Shown piece after piece: positions 17,988-30,861 of a stretch of DNA of 64,000 bases. This stretch comes from Candidatus Latescibacterota bacterium. Its GTDB lineage: Bacteria; Latescibacterota; UBA2968; UBA8231. The notes under the pieces were generated by a model. The model was given only the letters and a program-made list of their open reading frames with translations. It made no database searches and was not told where the DNA came from. Position numbers and translations under genes: made by a program. Position 1 is the first letter of the stretch; every line of letters begins with the position of its first letter. The stretch is from positions 4,480,001-4,544,000 of the forward strand of contig OZ242318.1 of the NCBI GenBank assembly GCA_965208105.1, in the 5' to 3' direction.

Positions 17988-18377
17988 ATCAAGGACTGGA
18001 AAGAGCTTACCGACCTCACCGGGGGTGGGCCATTGGTGGTGGAGCGGGTTTTCCTGCCGGACCGGGATATGGCTGTCGAAGGGCAATTCGATCCTCCTGT
18101 TCTTGCCCGTCTTTCCGCCGAGGACCAGGTATTCGTGATGGCCTTCGTCCAGGTTCACGGCTCGATCAAGGAGATGGAGCGCATTTTCGGCATCAGCTAT
18201 CCTACGGTCAAGAACCGCCTGAACAGCATTTCGGAGCAGTTCCAACTGGTGGAGACGGTGCTGCGTGGAGCCGGATCAGGGAGCGGGCCCGGGTCCGAGC
18301 CGCGTTCGGCGCAAGTGCTCGACAGCCTGGAGAGCGGCGAGATCGATGTTGAAGAGGCGTTGCGGAGGCTGTCCTGA
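17988..18377 (+). CDS. DUF2089-family HTH regulator with a C-terminal SHOCT-like helix (apparent ATC start)
   Basis: GSIKEMERIFGISYPTVKNRL HTH; the frame extends upstream through KDWKELTDLTGG to ATC 6 nt after AGGAGG. Confidence 0.8.
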   Translation: MKDWKELTDLTGGGPLVVERVFLPDRDMAVEGQFDPPVLARLSAEDQVFVMAFVQVHGSIKEMERIFGISYPTVKNRLNSISEQFQLVETVLRGAGSGSGPGSEPRSAQVLDSLESGEIDVEEALRRLS

Positions 18378-18652
18378 TGCTGCCACCGGCGCTGCTGCGG
18401 CTGCGCGTCCACAGTGACGAGCGCCGCATTCGGCTGTGGATCCCCCTCGTGCTCCTGTGGCCCTTCATTGCCCTGGTGATAGTTCTGGGAGCGCCAGCCC
18501 TGATCCTGGCGGCGGCCTGCTATCGGCACCGTGGATGGGGACGGCCCATGCTGCTCACCGGTCCCTTGTTTCTGTACGCGCTTACCTCCTTGCGCGGTCT
18601 GCGCATCGACCTGGACTCGGGTGGGAAGCGCGTGTTCATTGCCATCGACTAG
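18377..18652 (+). CDS. Small membrane protein of the DUF2089 operon
   Basis: RLWIPLVLLWP transmembrane segment; overlaps the upstream stop. Confidence 0.7.
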   Translation: MLPPALLRLRVHSDERRIRLWIPLVLLWPFIALVIVLGAPALILAAACYRHRGWGRPMLLTGPLFLYALTSLRGLRIDLDSGGKRVFIAID

Positions 18653-18661
18653 GAGGATGAC

Positions 18662-19768
18662 ATGACTGAAGATCGTCGCAGAGTTCTCGACATGCTCTCG
18701 GAGGGGAAAGTGAGTGTAGACGAGGCCGAGCGTCTTCTGCAGGCGCTGCAAGGCACCCGCCGGATCGAGGCCCCCGAAGGGGGTGGAATGGATGTACAGT
18801 TACCTGGCCGTGAGGACCTGCAAAATTCCCCCGAGGGGATCGAAGGAAACCTCGAGGGAGAACTGGAAGGAGACCTCGAGGGAGCACTTGAGGGCAGGCT
18901 TGAAGGAGATATTGAAGGAGAGCTCGAAGGTCTCGAAGATTCCCTTGCCGGGTGGTCGGAGGAAGAAAAAGGCGGCGGTGACAGGGATGGCAAGAGGTCC
19001 ATGCGCGACGACACTTTCACAGTGGGGGACAAGCCGCGCCTCGAGGTGCGCGGCTTCAGTGGCCGCATCCGGGTCAACAGCGGCAGCCCCGGTACGATCC
19101 GGGTGCGGGCGAAGCTGAAAAACCCCCACCGCATCGAGTACAACGCCGTGCAGGAAGGGGACCGGGTCAAGGTGGAGGCCAGGCCCGACAGGCAATCAGA
19201 GGGAATCCTGCCCGGACCCTTCGGCCAGCACAGCGGAGTGAACATGGAGGTGGTGGTTCCTGTAGCCACCGCCGTCGACCTCGAGACCAGCAACGGGCCC
19301 GTGGAAGTGCGCGGGACGGAGGGAGGCGGAACGCTGATGACCACGAACGGACGCATAAAGGTCGAGGGGTTCAAGGGCGAGCTCGAGGCCACCACCAGCA
19401 ACGGCGCGGTCACCCTCAAGACCTTCTCGGGGTCGGCGGTGCTCGCCACCTCTAACAGCCGCATTGCCATCGAAGACGGAAGCGGCCGCTTCGAGGCGCG
19501 CACCACCAACGGGTCGGTAAAGTTCCAGGGCAGCATGGAGCCGGGCAGCCGCAACATGCTGTCTACTACCAACGGCAACATCAAGGTGGCCCTGGTCCCC
19601 GATCCCAGCCTGAAGCTGACCGCGGCGACAATGAACGGGCGCGTCCGCTGCGAAGTGCCGGGCTTCGTAGCCACCGAGGACCGCCGCCGCAAGGTCGAAG
19701 GGACGGTGGGCCAAGGCGAGGCCGAGCTAACGGCCAGGACCACCAACGGCTCAATTGCCATTCAGTAA
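18662..19768 (+). CDS. SHOCT-like plus DUF4097 (toastrack) beta-repeat protein
   Basis: N-terminal RRVLDMLSEGKVSVDEAERLL; repeated TSNG/TTNG motifs. Confidence 0.85.
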   Translation: MTEDRRRVLDMLSEGKVSVDEAERLLQALQGTRRIEAPEGGGMDVQLPGREDLQNSPEGIEGNLEGELEGDLEGALEGRLEGDIEGELEGLEDSLAGWSEEEKGGGDRDGKRSMRDDTFTVGDKPRLEVRGFSGRIRVNSGSPGTIRVRAKLKNPHRIEYNAVQEGDRVKVEARPDRQSEGILPGPFGQHSGVNMEVVVPVATAVDLETSNGPVEVRGTEGGGTLMTTNGRIKVEGFKGELEATTSNGAVTLKTFSGSAVLATSNSRIAIEDGSGRFEARTTNGSVKFQGSMEPGSRNMLSTTNGNIKVALVPDPSLKLTAATMNGRVRCEVPGFVATEDRRRKVEGTVGQGEAELTARTTNGSIAIQ

Positions 19769-19798
19769 CCAGGGACAGCGACGAAAAGGAGGATCACC

Positions 19799-20218
19799 AT
19801 GAACGACAACAGCAGACGGGTGCTCGAAATGCTTTCGGAGGGCAAGGTTTCCGTCGACGAAGCCGAGCGCCTGCTCTCCCTCGTAGACGAGGATCCCAAG
19901 GGGACGGCGATGACCCAGCACACAGGGCAGGCGCGCCAGGGAGCGGCCAGGCACCTGAGAGTAACCGTCGACTCGGACGGAGGCGAGCGCGTCGACCTCC
20001 GGGTGCCGCTGGCCTTGATCAAGGCCGGGGTCAAGCTGCACACCCTGCTTCCGGAGGAGGCGGCAAAGGGAATCCGCAAGGCGATGAAGAAGAACGGGGT
20101 GGACATCGACCATCTCAATCTGCGGTCAGATGGCCTGGAGCAGTTGATAGATGCTCTGAGCGAGATCGAGGTGGATGTCCAGGACGAGGACAACAGAGTC
20201 CGGGTCTACTGTGAGTAA
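19799..20218 (+). CDS. SHOCT-like domain protein
   Basis: RRVLEMLSEGKVSVDEAERLL; VDLRVPLALIKAG. Confidence 0.8.
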   Translation: MNDNSRRVLEMLSEGKVSVDEAERLLSLVDEDPKGTAMTQHTGQARQGAARHLRVTVDSDGGERVDLRVPLALIKAGVKLHTLLPEEAAKGIRKAMKKNGVDIDHLNLRSDGLEQLIDALSEIEVDVQDEDNRVRVYCE

Positions 20219-20236
20219 CTCATAAAGGGAGGCGAA

Positions 20237-23065
20237 ATGAGGTCGGAAAGAAGTTATTGGATATGGACATCCGAACGCCTGGTTGCGGCCGCCCTTCTGG
20301 GGTTATGGGTGGCAGCTCCACTGTGGGCGGAGGGGAAGGAAGGGGCTTCCGCCCCTGAAGAGAGGGAATTCGCGGCTTCGGCGGTGGTGGAGGATTCCGG
20401 GGAAACAGGGGAGGCGCTGACGGCCGAGGCGGAAGAGGATGCGGAGGCAGAGGAGGAGACCGAGGATGGGGCCGGAAAGGAAGAGGAAGGTGGAGTGGAA
20501 GCCGCTGAAGGGGAGGAGGACGAAGGACCGGGGTTCGCCGAGGTTGTCGAGGACTTCGAGAAGATGGAGGGGTTGTTCGAGCTTTACCGCGACCCGGAGG
20601 AGAACAAAGTCTACCTGGCCATCCGGCCAGACCAGTTCGACCGCATCCACCTGTGCAGCATCACCCGCACCCAGGGGGACGGCTACTTCTTCGATTCGGC
20701 CTCGCTGGTACACGTCGGCCGCGGCTTCGGCACCTTCCCATTCGTTTTTCAGCGGGTCGGCAAACAGGTGTTCTTCACTCACAAGAACGTCTACTATCGC
20801 GCCGAGCCCGACGCCGCCATCCACCGCGCCGTCGACCGCGGCCTTTCCGATTCGGTTCTCGGTGTGGGCGCCATCGAGGGGAAGCCGCACCCCGAAACCG
20901 GTGCGGTGCTGGTGGACCCAAGTGCCTTCTTCATCCAGGATATCGCCCTGGTGAGCTACATCTTCAGCGAGCACATCAAGAAAACCGCCTACACCTTCCA
21001 GGGGGACAAGAGCTATATCGGCGAGCTCGAGAACTTTCCCCAGAACACCGAGGTCGACGTGGTGCTGCACTTCGGCACCGAGGCGCCAAAGATGGACATT
21101 CCCACCCTGGCCGACCTGCGCAGTTTCCAGCACATCTACCACTACAGTCTCTCCACCCTGCCGGAGTCGGACTTCCGCCCGCGCGCGGCCGACGACCGGG
21201 TGGGGCATTTCAACACCCTCTACCAGGACTACACCTCCGTGCTCGACGACGACCCCTATGTGCGCTACGTCAATCGCTGGCACCTGGAAAAGGCGGAGCC
21301 GAGGTTCAAGCGCTCGCCCCCCAAGAAACCCATCGTGTTCTGGCTCGAGAACACCATCCCGGTCGAGTACCGGGCAGCGGTGCGCGAGGGGATCCTGGTG
21401 TGGAACAAGGCCTTCGAGCGCCTCGGCTTCGAAGGGGCGATCGCGGTGGAGCAGCAGCCGGACGACGCCGGCTGGGACGGCGCCGACGTGCGCTACAACA
21501 CCGTGCGCTGGATGGTGCAGCCGGGCCAGGCCTACGCCGTGGGACCGTCGCGCACCAATCCCTTCACCGGTGAGATCTTCGACGCGGACATCCGCATCAG
21601 CGCCGATTTCGTGCGCTACGCCCACCTGGAGTTCACCGAGATGGCCGATCCCGTGGGTAGGAGGCGCCGCGCCATCGGAGATTCGCTCGCCGCGGCCGCG
21701 GGTCTGACCGGGGACTACACCAGGGGATTCTGCGACATGGCCTCCGGGCTGATGCAGGAGGCCGCTTTCGGGTGGCACCTGCTGTCGGCGCGGGCGGGGT
21801 CCGGCGCTGTCGGGGTGGACGAGGAGGAGTTCATCCGCCAGCTGCTGGTGATGCTGGTGGCGCACGAAGTGGGGCATACCCTGGGCCTGCGCCACAACTT
21901 CAAGGGCAGCACCCTCCACCCCCTTGACGAGCTGCACGACCGCCGGGTCACCGACAAGGAGGGGATCTCGAGCTCGGTGATGGACTACAACCCGGTCAAT
22001 ATCGCCCCCGAAGGTCTTGAGCAGGGAGAGTACTACCAGACCACCCTGGGGCCCTACGACTACTGGGCAATCGAGTACGCCTACCAGCCCCTGGAGGAGG
22101 ACAGTCCCGCCAGCGAGCGCGCTCAACTGGAGCGGATCGCCGCCCGGGTGGCGGCGCCGGAGCTGGCCTACGGAACCGACGAGGACGCCATCTTCGGGCC
22201 GCGGGGAATCGACCCGAGGGCGGCGCGCTGGGACCTTCGCGACGACCCCATCGCCCATTTCCGCGACCAGGTGGGCCTGGCGCAAGAGCTGTGGTCCAGG
22301 GTGGAGGACAAGTTCGAGCGCAAGGGGGAGCGCTACCAGACCCTGCGCCGGGTCTTCGGCTGGGGCTTCAGGCCCTACTTGATGGGTGCGGCCACGGTCA
22401 GCCGCTATATCGGCGGCATCCACCACCACCGCGACCACGTGGGGGACCCCGGGGGACGGGTCCCGCTGCGGCCGGTGGCACCTGCCCGCCAGCGCGAGGC
22501 CCTGGACTTCCTGGTGGAGCACCTGTTCGGTCCCGGCGCCTTCGGCTGGAGGCCGCAGCTGCTCAACAAGCTCGCTCCAGAGCGCTGGACCGATTTCACC
22601 TGGTCGGTGTTCGCGGTGGAGCGCATCGACTATCCCATCCACCAGATGGTGCTGAGGATCCAGCAAATGCCCCTGGACCGCTTCTACGATCCCGTTCTGC
22701 TTAGCCGGCTGCAGGACCTCGAGCTGCGCTACGAGGATGGAGAGACCTTCGGCATGGTCGAACTCTTCGACGGATTGCGCCGGGCCATCTGGGCCGAGCT
22801 GGAGACGGGGGACGCCATCGACAGCTTTCGCCGCAATCTGCAGCGCGCCCACCTGCAGAAGATGATCGGCCTGGTGCTGGGGTCGGTCCCCGGGGTCCCG
22901 GAGGACGCTCGCACCCTGGCGCGGGCCGACCTGCTAACCATCGCCGCGCTGATCGAGGCGAGGCTGCAGGACGGCGGTCCGGATGCCTACAGCCGCGCCC
23001 ACCTCGAAGAATCAGGGGCGCGGATCGAGGCGGCGCTGGAGGCGGGCCTGGAGCGCAGTTTGTAG
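20237..23065 (+). CDS. Secreted zinc-dependent metalloprotease (DUF5117/DUF4953, EcxA-like)
   Basis: Signal peptide, acidic linker, HEVGHTLGLRHNF zincin motif, SSVMDY Met-turn. Confidence 0.88.
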   Translation: MRSERSYWIWTSERLVAAALLGLWVAAPLWAEGKEGASAPEEREFAASAVVEDSGETGEALTAEAEEDAEAEEETEDGAGKEEEGGVEAAEGEEDEGPGFAEVVEDFEKMEGLFELYRDPEENKVYLAIRPDQFDRIHLCSITRTQGDGYFFDSASLVHVGRGFGTFPFVFQRVGKQVFFTHKNVYYRAEPDAAIHRAVDRGLSDSVLGVGAIEGKPHPETGAVLVDPSAFFIQDIALVSYIFSEHIKKTAYTFQGDKSYIGELENFPQNTEVDVVLHFGTEAPKMDIPTLADLRSFQHIYHYSLSTLPESDFRPRAADDRVGHFNTLYQDYTSVLDDDPYVRYVNRWHLEKAEPRFKRSPPKKPIVFWLENTIPVEYRAAVREGILVWNKAFERLGFEGAIAVEQQPDDAGWDGADVRYNTVRWMVQPGQAYAVGPSRTNPFTGEIFDADIRISADFVRYAHLEFTEMADPVGRRRRAIGDSLAAAAGLTGDYTRGFCDMASGLMQEAAFGWHLLSARAGSGAVGVDEEEFIRQLLVMLVAHEVGHTLGLRHNFKGSTLHPLDELHDRRVTDKEGISSSVMDYNPVNIAPEGLEQGEYYQTTLGPYDYWAIEYAYQPLEEDSPASERAQLERIAARVAAPELAYGTDEDAIFGPRGIDPRAARWDLRDDPIAHFRDQVGLAQELWSRVEDKFERKGERYQTLRRVFGWGFRPYLMGAATVSRYIGGIHHHRDHVGDPGGRVPLRPVAPARQREALDFLVEHLFGPGAFGWRPQLLNKLAPERWTDFTWSVFAVERIDYPIHQMVLRIQQMPLDRFYDPVLLSRLQDLELRYEDGETFGMVELFDGLRRAIWAELETGDAIDSFRRNLQRAHLQKMIGLVLGSVPGVPEDARTLARADLLTIAALIEARLQDGGPDAYSRAHLEESGARIEAALEAGLERSL

Positions 23066-23295
23066 GCCGACCCGACGCCGGTACTGCCTTTATCAACTTG
23101 CTGCCGCGAAGCAGGGCTGCGGTGATTTGCACCGGGTCCGGTCCCGGCGGTGGAGTTGGCGGGCAGGCGCGGGCCCGGAGCATCTTCACCTTTCTCAGCG
23201 AAACCGGACCTTTCTTCGCAGTTGAGGCAGGGCGCGGATTAAGCTTCCAGGCGAACCCTCAGAACATCCCCTCCCCGCAGTCCCTCGATCCTCAC

Positions 23296-25380
23296 CTACC
23301 TATCGCCGGTGTTCTCCAGTACAGCTACGTAGGCGTCGTATAGATTCTGGATGTTCTCGACGTAGTGGACCGGCTGGCCGCCGCGGCAGAAGCCGTAGCG
23401 CGCCCGCTTGTAGTAGGTTGGCTGGGAGAGCAGGCGCATGGCCTCCTCCACGTTCCCGAACCAGCGGTCTGGGTCCCACCCCTTTTCCCGCGCCAGATGG
23501 CGGGCGTCGAGGAGATGGCCGTATCCCACGTTGTAGGACGCCAGGGCAAAGCGGATCCGCGCCTCCATGGAGAGGTCGAAATCGAAGCGGTCGATGAGTT
23601 GATACATGTACTTTGTCCCCGCGTGGATGCTCTTCTCCGGGTCATGCAGGTCGGTGAACCCCAGCTGGCGTCCGGTGTCGGGCATGATCTGCATCAATCC
23701 CTGGGCCCCGACCCAGCTTACCGCGTTGGGATCGAACCTCGACTCCTGGTACATCTGCGCCGTAACCATGCGCCAGTCCTGGCCGTAGCGCAGAGCGTAT
23801 TTCTTCGCCAGTCCGTCGTAGGGCGACAGTTGCCCGCTCAGATCGACCCGCATGGAATCCTTGGCCCGGGCGATGCCGCGGCTGTTCTCGAAATATCTCT
23901 TCTTCATCATGTTGAAGAACAGGCCGCCTTTTTCGCGCTGGATGTACTGGTTCAGGGAGGCCAGCAGGGCGGGGTTGTCCTTGCGCACGGCCCAGCCCAG
24001 CAGGGTGGACTTGATGCTGAATGCGGCCTTGAGCCTCCGCCCGTAGGCGAGCTCCACGTCGAGCAGGTTGGCGTCGCACATGGCGACGTCATATATCCCT
24101 TCCTCGACCCCGGCGAGGATGTCCTCGGTCTCCACGTCGTCGGGCAGCAGTGCGATCCGGATTCCAGCGATGGAATCCTGCAGCCCCGTCAGGGTGGTAT
24201 AGAACGATGAGCTGGCCCTCACGTGGACGGTGCGTCCGGCCAGATCCTCAAGGGCGCCGATCGAGTCTTCATCGGCGCGCACCACCACCAGCTCGTCCAC
24301 TTCGTTGTAGGGCCTGGTAAAGTCGGCTCTGGCCTTCCGTTCGGGGGTGATGGTCATGGCCGCGGCCACCAGGTCACCCTTGCCCTGGTTCAGATAGTCC
24401 AGCAGCTCGGCGTGGCTGTCGGGAATGACGATGTCGAGGCGCAGGCCGTGCTCGTCGGCGAACTTCTTCACCAGTTCGTACTCGAAGCCCACCTGCAGGC
24501 CGCGGTGGATGAAGTAGGTCATGGCGTTGTTGCGCGTGATCATGCGCAGCCGCCCGCGTTCGATCAGCCCGGGAAGGTCGTCGGTGAATTCCTTCTGGCG
24601 CAGGCGGGTGAAGTGGCGCGCGAGGAGGAATTCGTCCACCCTGGCTTTGAGCTGTAGGTCGCCGGGCCGCATCATCAAGGCGATGGGCCGGTCCCTGGCG
24701 AGCACCAGCGGAGTCGCCAGATTGTCGTAATAGCCGGACAGGGCGTGCCACAGGTGGGCGTCGGCCACGGTGGCGGCGTATGTGCCGTCGGCCACTCCCT
24801 GTAGCAATCCCTCGATGTTCAGGGTTTCCTCCACGGTATGGATGCGCAGAGACGGCACCTGCTGCTGAAGCTGCACCAGGGTCTGGTAGTAGGAGCTCGA
24901 CCGGCGCACGCTGACCTCCATGCCGGCGAGGTCGGCCTCCGTGGCGGGCAGGTCCCCGTCCGACCTCGTGACCAGGTACTCGTCTACGTAGAGATAGGGA
25001 GTCGAAAAGGCCGCTGTCTTCTCGCGCTCGGGAGTAATGGTCAGGCTGGCGGCGACCAGGTCGCCCTCGCCTTCCAGCAGTTTGCCCATCATGCGGGAAA
25101 AGTCCTCGACCCTGACCAGCACCGGATCGAGCTTGAGTGCCTCGGCCAGGTCGCGGGCGATGTCGTAGTCGAGGGTTACCTGTTCCCCCTGCCGGGGCAA
25201 GTAGGAGACCTGGTCCAGGGGGACGATTACGCGCAGCACCCCGCTCTCCTGCAACCGGGGAAGGTCCCCGGTGTATCTGGAAGCTGGTTGCGAAGGCGGA
25301 GGCGCGGGTTCGCCGCACTGCACGAGGACGCAGAACAGGGCAAGCCCTGCAGGAAGGAGCTTTCTGAATCGCGGCAACAT
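23296..25380 (-). CDS. mltF: Membrane-bound lytic transglycosylase F-like protein (two substrate-binding domains plus SLT domain)
   Basis: QMYQESRFDP, GAQGLMQIMP, ASYNVG; duplicated SBP_bac_3-like domains. Confidence 0.85.
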   Translation of the reverse strand: MLPRFRKLLPAGLALFCVLVQCGEPAPPPSQPASRYTGDLPRLQESGVLRVIVPLDQVSYLPRQGEQVTLDYDIARDLAEALKLDPVLVRVEDFSRMMGKLLEGEGDLVAASLTITPEREKTAAFSTPYLYVDEYLVTRSDGDLPATEADLAGMEVSVRRSSSYYQTLVQLQQQVPSLRIHTVEETLNIEGLLQGVADGTYAATVADAHLWHALSGYYDNLATPLVLARDRPIALMMRPGDLQLKARVDEFLLARHFTRLRQKEFTDDLPGLIERGRLRMITRNNAMTYFIHRGLQVGFEYELVKKFADEHGLRLDIVIPDSHAELLDYLNQGKGDLVAAAMTITPERKARADFTRPYNEVDELVVVRADEDSIGALEDLAGRTVHVRASSSFYTTLTGLQDSIAGIRIALLPDDVETEDILAGVEEGIYDVAMCDANLLDVELAYGRRLKAAFSIKSTLLGWAVRKDNPALLASLNQYIQREKGGLFFNMMKKRYFENSRGIARAKDSMRVDLSGQLSPYDGLAKKYALRYGQDWRMVTAQMYQESRFDPNAVSWVGAQGLMQIMPDTGRQLGFTDLHDPEKSIHAGTKYMYQLIDRFDFDLSMEARIRFALASYNVGYGHLLDARHLAREKGWDPDRWFGNVEEAMRLLSQPTYYKRARYGFCRGGQPVHYVENIQNLYDAYVAVLENTGDR

Positions 25381-25710
25381 GGAAATCTCCTGGTTCCGCG
25401 GTGTTGGGTCGGCGGAATTCCGATCGGTCCGGCGCGTCGCATGGTTCACGGTTGCGGGAATCCGTGCCACACCGAAAGTACGGGCAGTTCAGGACCAGCG
25501 CAATTTTGGCCCCGGTGAGGCCCGGATGGCAGCAGACGCAACTTCCGGCAGAATCCGCCCCGACCTCGACAGCCGGGAAGTGCTTGTATTTCTTCTGCCC
25601 TCTACGGGGCCGCGCCCGGTGCAGGCGGGCCGGGGACCGCGGCCAGGTTGGGAAAAAGGCGGGCAAGTTCCAAGCCTGGGTCAATCAACAGATTACAGGG
25701 AGATCCGAAA

Positions 25711-26970
25711 ATGTCGACCATCGAAGGTGCCTACGAAGCGGCCAGGGACCGCTATGCAGAGTTCGGAGTGGATACTGAAAATGCAATCGAGAGCCTCGGT
25801 GGGATCGCCATTTCGATCCATTGCTGGCAGGGGGACGACCTCGTGGGATTCGAGGGAGGCGGCAATATTTCCGAGGGCGGCATCATGGCCACGGGCAACT
25901 ATCCGGGCCGGTCCCGCAACGCCGCCGAGCTCAGGGCGGATATCGAGATGGCGCTGAAGTTCATTCCGGGCAGGCACCGGCTCAACCTTCATGCCATCTA
26001 TGCCGAGACCGGCGGCAGGCCAGTCGAAAGGAACGGGATCTCCACCGAACATTTCGCCAACTGGATAGACTGGGCCCGGCAACTGGGCATCGGTCTGGAT
26101 TTCAACCCCACCTGCTTCGCCCACCCCATGGCATCATCAGGTTTTACCCTCGCCAGTCTCGACCCGGCAGTGCGCAGCTACTGGATCGAGCATTGCATGG
26201 CCTGCCGCCGTATCGGCGCGGCCATGGGCGAGGCCCTGGATTCCCCGTGTGTCACCAATATCTGGATTCCGGACGGCTACAAGGACCTGCCCGCTGACCG
26301 GAGAGCGCACCGGGAACATCTGGCCGGCTCCCTCGACCGCGTGCTGGCCGAGACCATCGATCCCGCCCACAATCTGGACGCGGTGGAATGCAAGCTTTTC
26401 GGCATCGGCTCCGAGTCCTACGTTGCCGGCTCCCACGAATTCTACCTGGGGTACGCCGCGAAGAAACAGCTAGTCCTCTGTCTGGACGCCGGGCACTTCC
26501 ATCCAACCGAGGAGATCGCCGACAAGCTGTCGGCGGTTCTCCTCTTCGTGCCCAGCGTGCTGCTGCACGTAAGCCGGGGGGTGCGGTGGGACAGCGACCA
26601 CGTGGTCCTGTTCACGGATTCTCTGCAGCAGATCGCCCACGAGCTGGTGCGCGGCGATTACCTTGATCGGGTCCGCGTAGGTCTGGACTTCTTCGACGCC
26701 AGCATCAACCGCGTCGCCGCCTGGATAATCGGCACCCGCAGCATGATAAAGGCGCTCCTGTTCGCCCTGCTGGAACCCACCCACCTTCTCAGGTCATGCG
26801 AGCAGGAAGGTGATTTCACCGCCAGGCTGGCCCTCATGGAGGAGATGAAGACCATGCCCTTCCAGGCCGTGTGGGAACATGCCTGTGCCCGCCGGAGCGT
26901 GCCGGGCAGCTTCCAGTGGGTGGATGAAATAAAGCGCTATGAAAGGGAGGTGATGGCGGCCAGGGATTGA
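25711..26970 (+). CDS. rhaA: L-rhamnose isomerase
   Basis: [51 protein letters not shown]. Confidence 0.96.
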   Translation: MSTIEGAYEAARDRYAEFGVDTENAIESLGGIAISIHCWQGDDLVGFEGGGNISEGGIMATGNYPGRSRNAAELRADIEMALKFIPGRHRLNLHAIYAETGGRPVERNGISTEHFANWIDWARQLGIGLDFNPTCFAHPMASSGFTLASLDPAVRSYWIEHCMACRRIGAAMGEALDSPCVTNIWIPDGYKDLPADRRAHREHLAGSLDRVLAETIDPAHNLDAVECKLFGIGSESYVAGSHEFYLGYAAKKQLVLCLDAGHFHPTEEIADKLSAVLLFVPSVLLHVSRGVRWDSDHVVLFTDSLQQIAHELVRGDYLDRVRVGLDFFDASINRVAAWIIGTRSMIKALLFALLEPTHLLRSCEQEGDFTARLALMEEMKTMPFQAVWEHACARRSVPGSFQWVDEIKRYEREVMAARD

Positions 26971-27093
26971 GGCGTCCTGCATGGGGCCGGCCGCAGTGGG
27001 TGGACCGCCATGGTCAGGAATCCTCCTGTGAGGGCGCTTCGTTCCGGCCGGGTCCCTGATACCGCGGCCTGTGGCGGCAGACGGACCGGGGGG

Positions 27094-29890
<2,797 letters not shown>

Positions 29891-30029
29891 CGGTTCCCTC
29901 CTTTGGTCCGGGATGCACCCAAGACTCGATGACGCGGAGAGTCAGGGTGGAATAACGTCGCTATTCCGCGCCGGAAGTTCAACTCCATCGGAGAACCTGG
30001 CGGCTCAGCCGGGACCTGGCTTCGGGCTG

Positions 30030-30434
30030 CTAAACCTCGAATTTTTCGACCTGGTCTTCCTCGTGCTCGTTGGCGATGACGTAGAACACCAGGTCCTCGG
30101 TCTCGCTGCCGTTGCGAATGCGGTGGCGCGTGCCCGCCGGCTGCATCAGGCAGTCACCGGCGACGGCTTTCACCGTCTCGCCCTCCCGTTGCACGATGGC
30201 AGTCCCGGCCACGACGATGAAAAACTCCCAGCGATGACTGTGGGCGTGAACGGGACACGGTCGAGCTCCCGGCGGCACACGGGTCAATTCGACGTCGAAG
30301 GGGTGGGGATGGCCCTCCCTGTTGCCGAGGGCAACCGAAACGTGCCGGCGATAGCGTTCGTAGTTGCCCTCCTTCCACTGCCAGACCTGGTGTTCCACCT
30401 GCACATCCTCGACATTGATCTTCCAGTCAGACAT
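30030..30434 (-). CDS. Cupin domain protein
   Basis: PVHAHSHRWEFF and PAGTRHRIRN cupin motifs. Confidence 0.85.
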   Translation of the reverse strand: MSDWKINVEDVQVEHQVWQWKEGNYERYRRHVSVALGNREGHPHPFDVELTRVPPGARPCPVHAHSHRWEFFIVVAGTAIVQREGETVKAVAGDCLMQPAGTRHRIRNGSETEDLVFYVIANEHEEDQVEKFEV

Positions 30435-30861
30435 GGTTCTTCCCTTCATTCACAGAACCGACCTGGCCAACCGTCGGTCCGACCGCGGAGGACGGGAACA
30501 TGAGGAAGTGTGCCGCCGGGGGAGCGACAACCTCACCGGCAGCCGGGTCCGTGTTCCCAGGTTGTGCGGAAGGCAGCCCGCCGGGTCGGGTAATCTACCC
30601 AAAAATTCTCCCTCGGCCAGTCGGGTCCGGATAAAGGGCGGATTCTGCCGGGGGAACGGGCAAGGGAATGCGTCCATGGCCCGCCTTGCAGGAGGCCTCC
30701 GTCCCTCCGCAAAGGCCCCGTGGTTCCGAGTTGCGGCTGCGATTTCAACCAGTTCAGCTCGCCGAGGCCTGCGAGGCCACCCGCGGTGGAGGAGCGGCTT
30801 GACCGATTCCCCCGGGGGCACTTATTTTTCCTCAAGACGCGGTCCGGATGAGTTGCAGCCC

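Noticed and set aside
20303-22852. 849-aa antisense ORF, and similar long ORFs at 3357-4643, 30832-32301, 37655-39226, 42627-44330, 50277-51818, 52009-54507 and 59831-61627
   Set aside because: Shadow frames of well-supported genes in high-GC DNA; no recognisable motifs
26971-26982. gcgtcctgcat after the stop codons of both rhaA and metG (about 54422)
   Set aside because: Only 11 bp in two copies with no shared hairpin; plausible by chance
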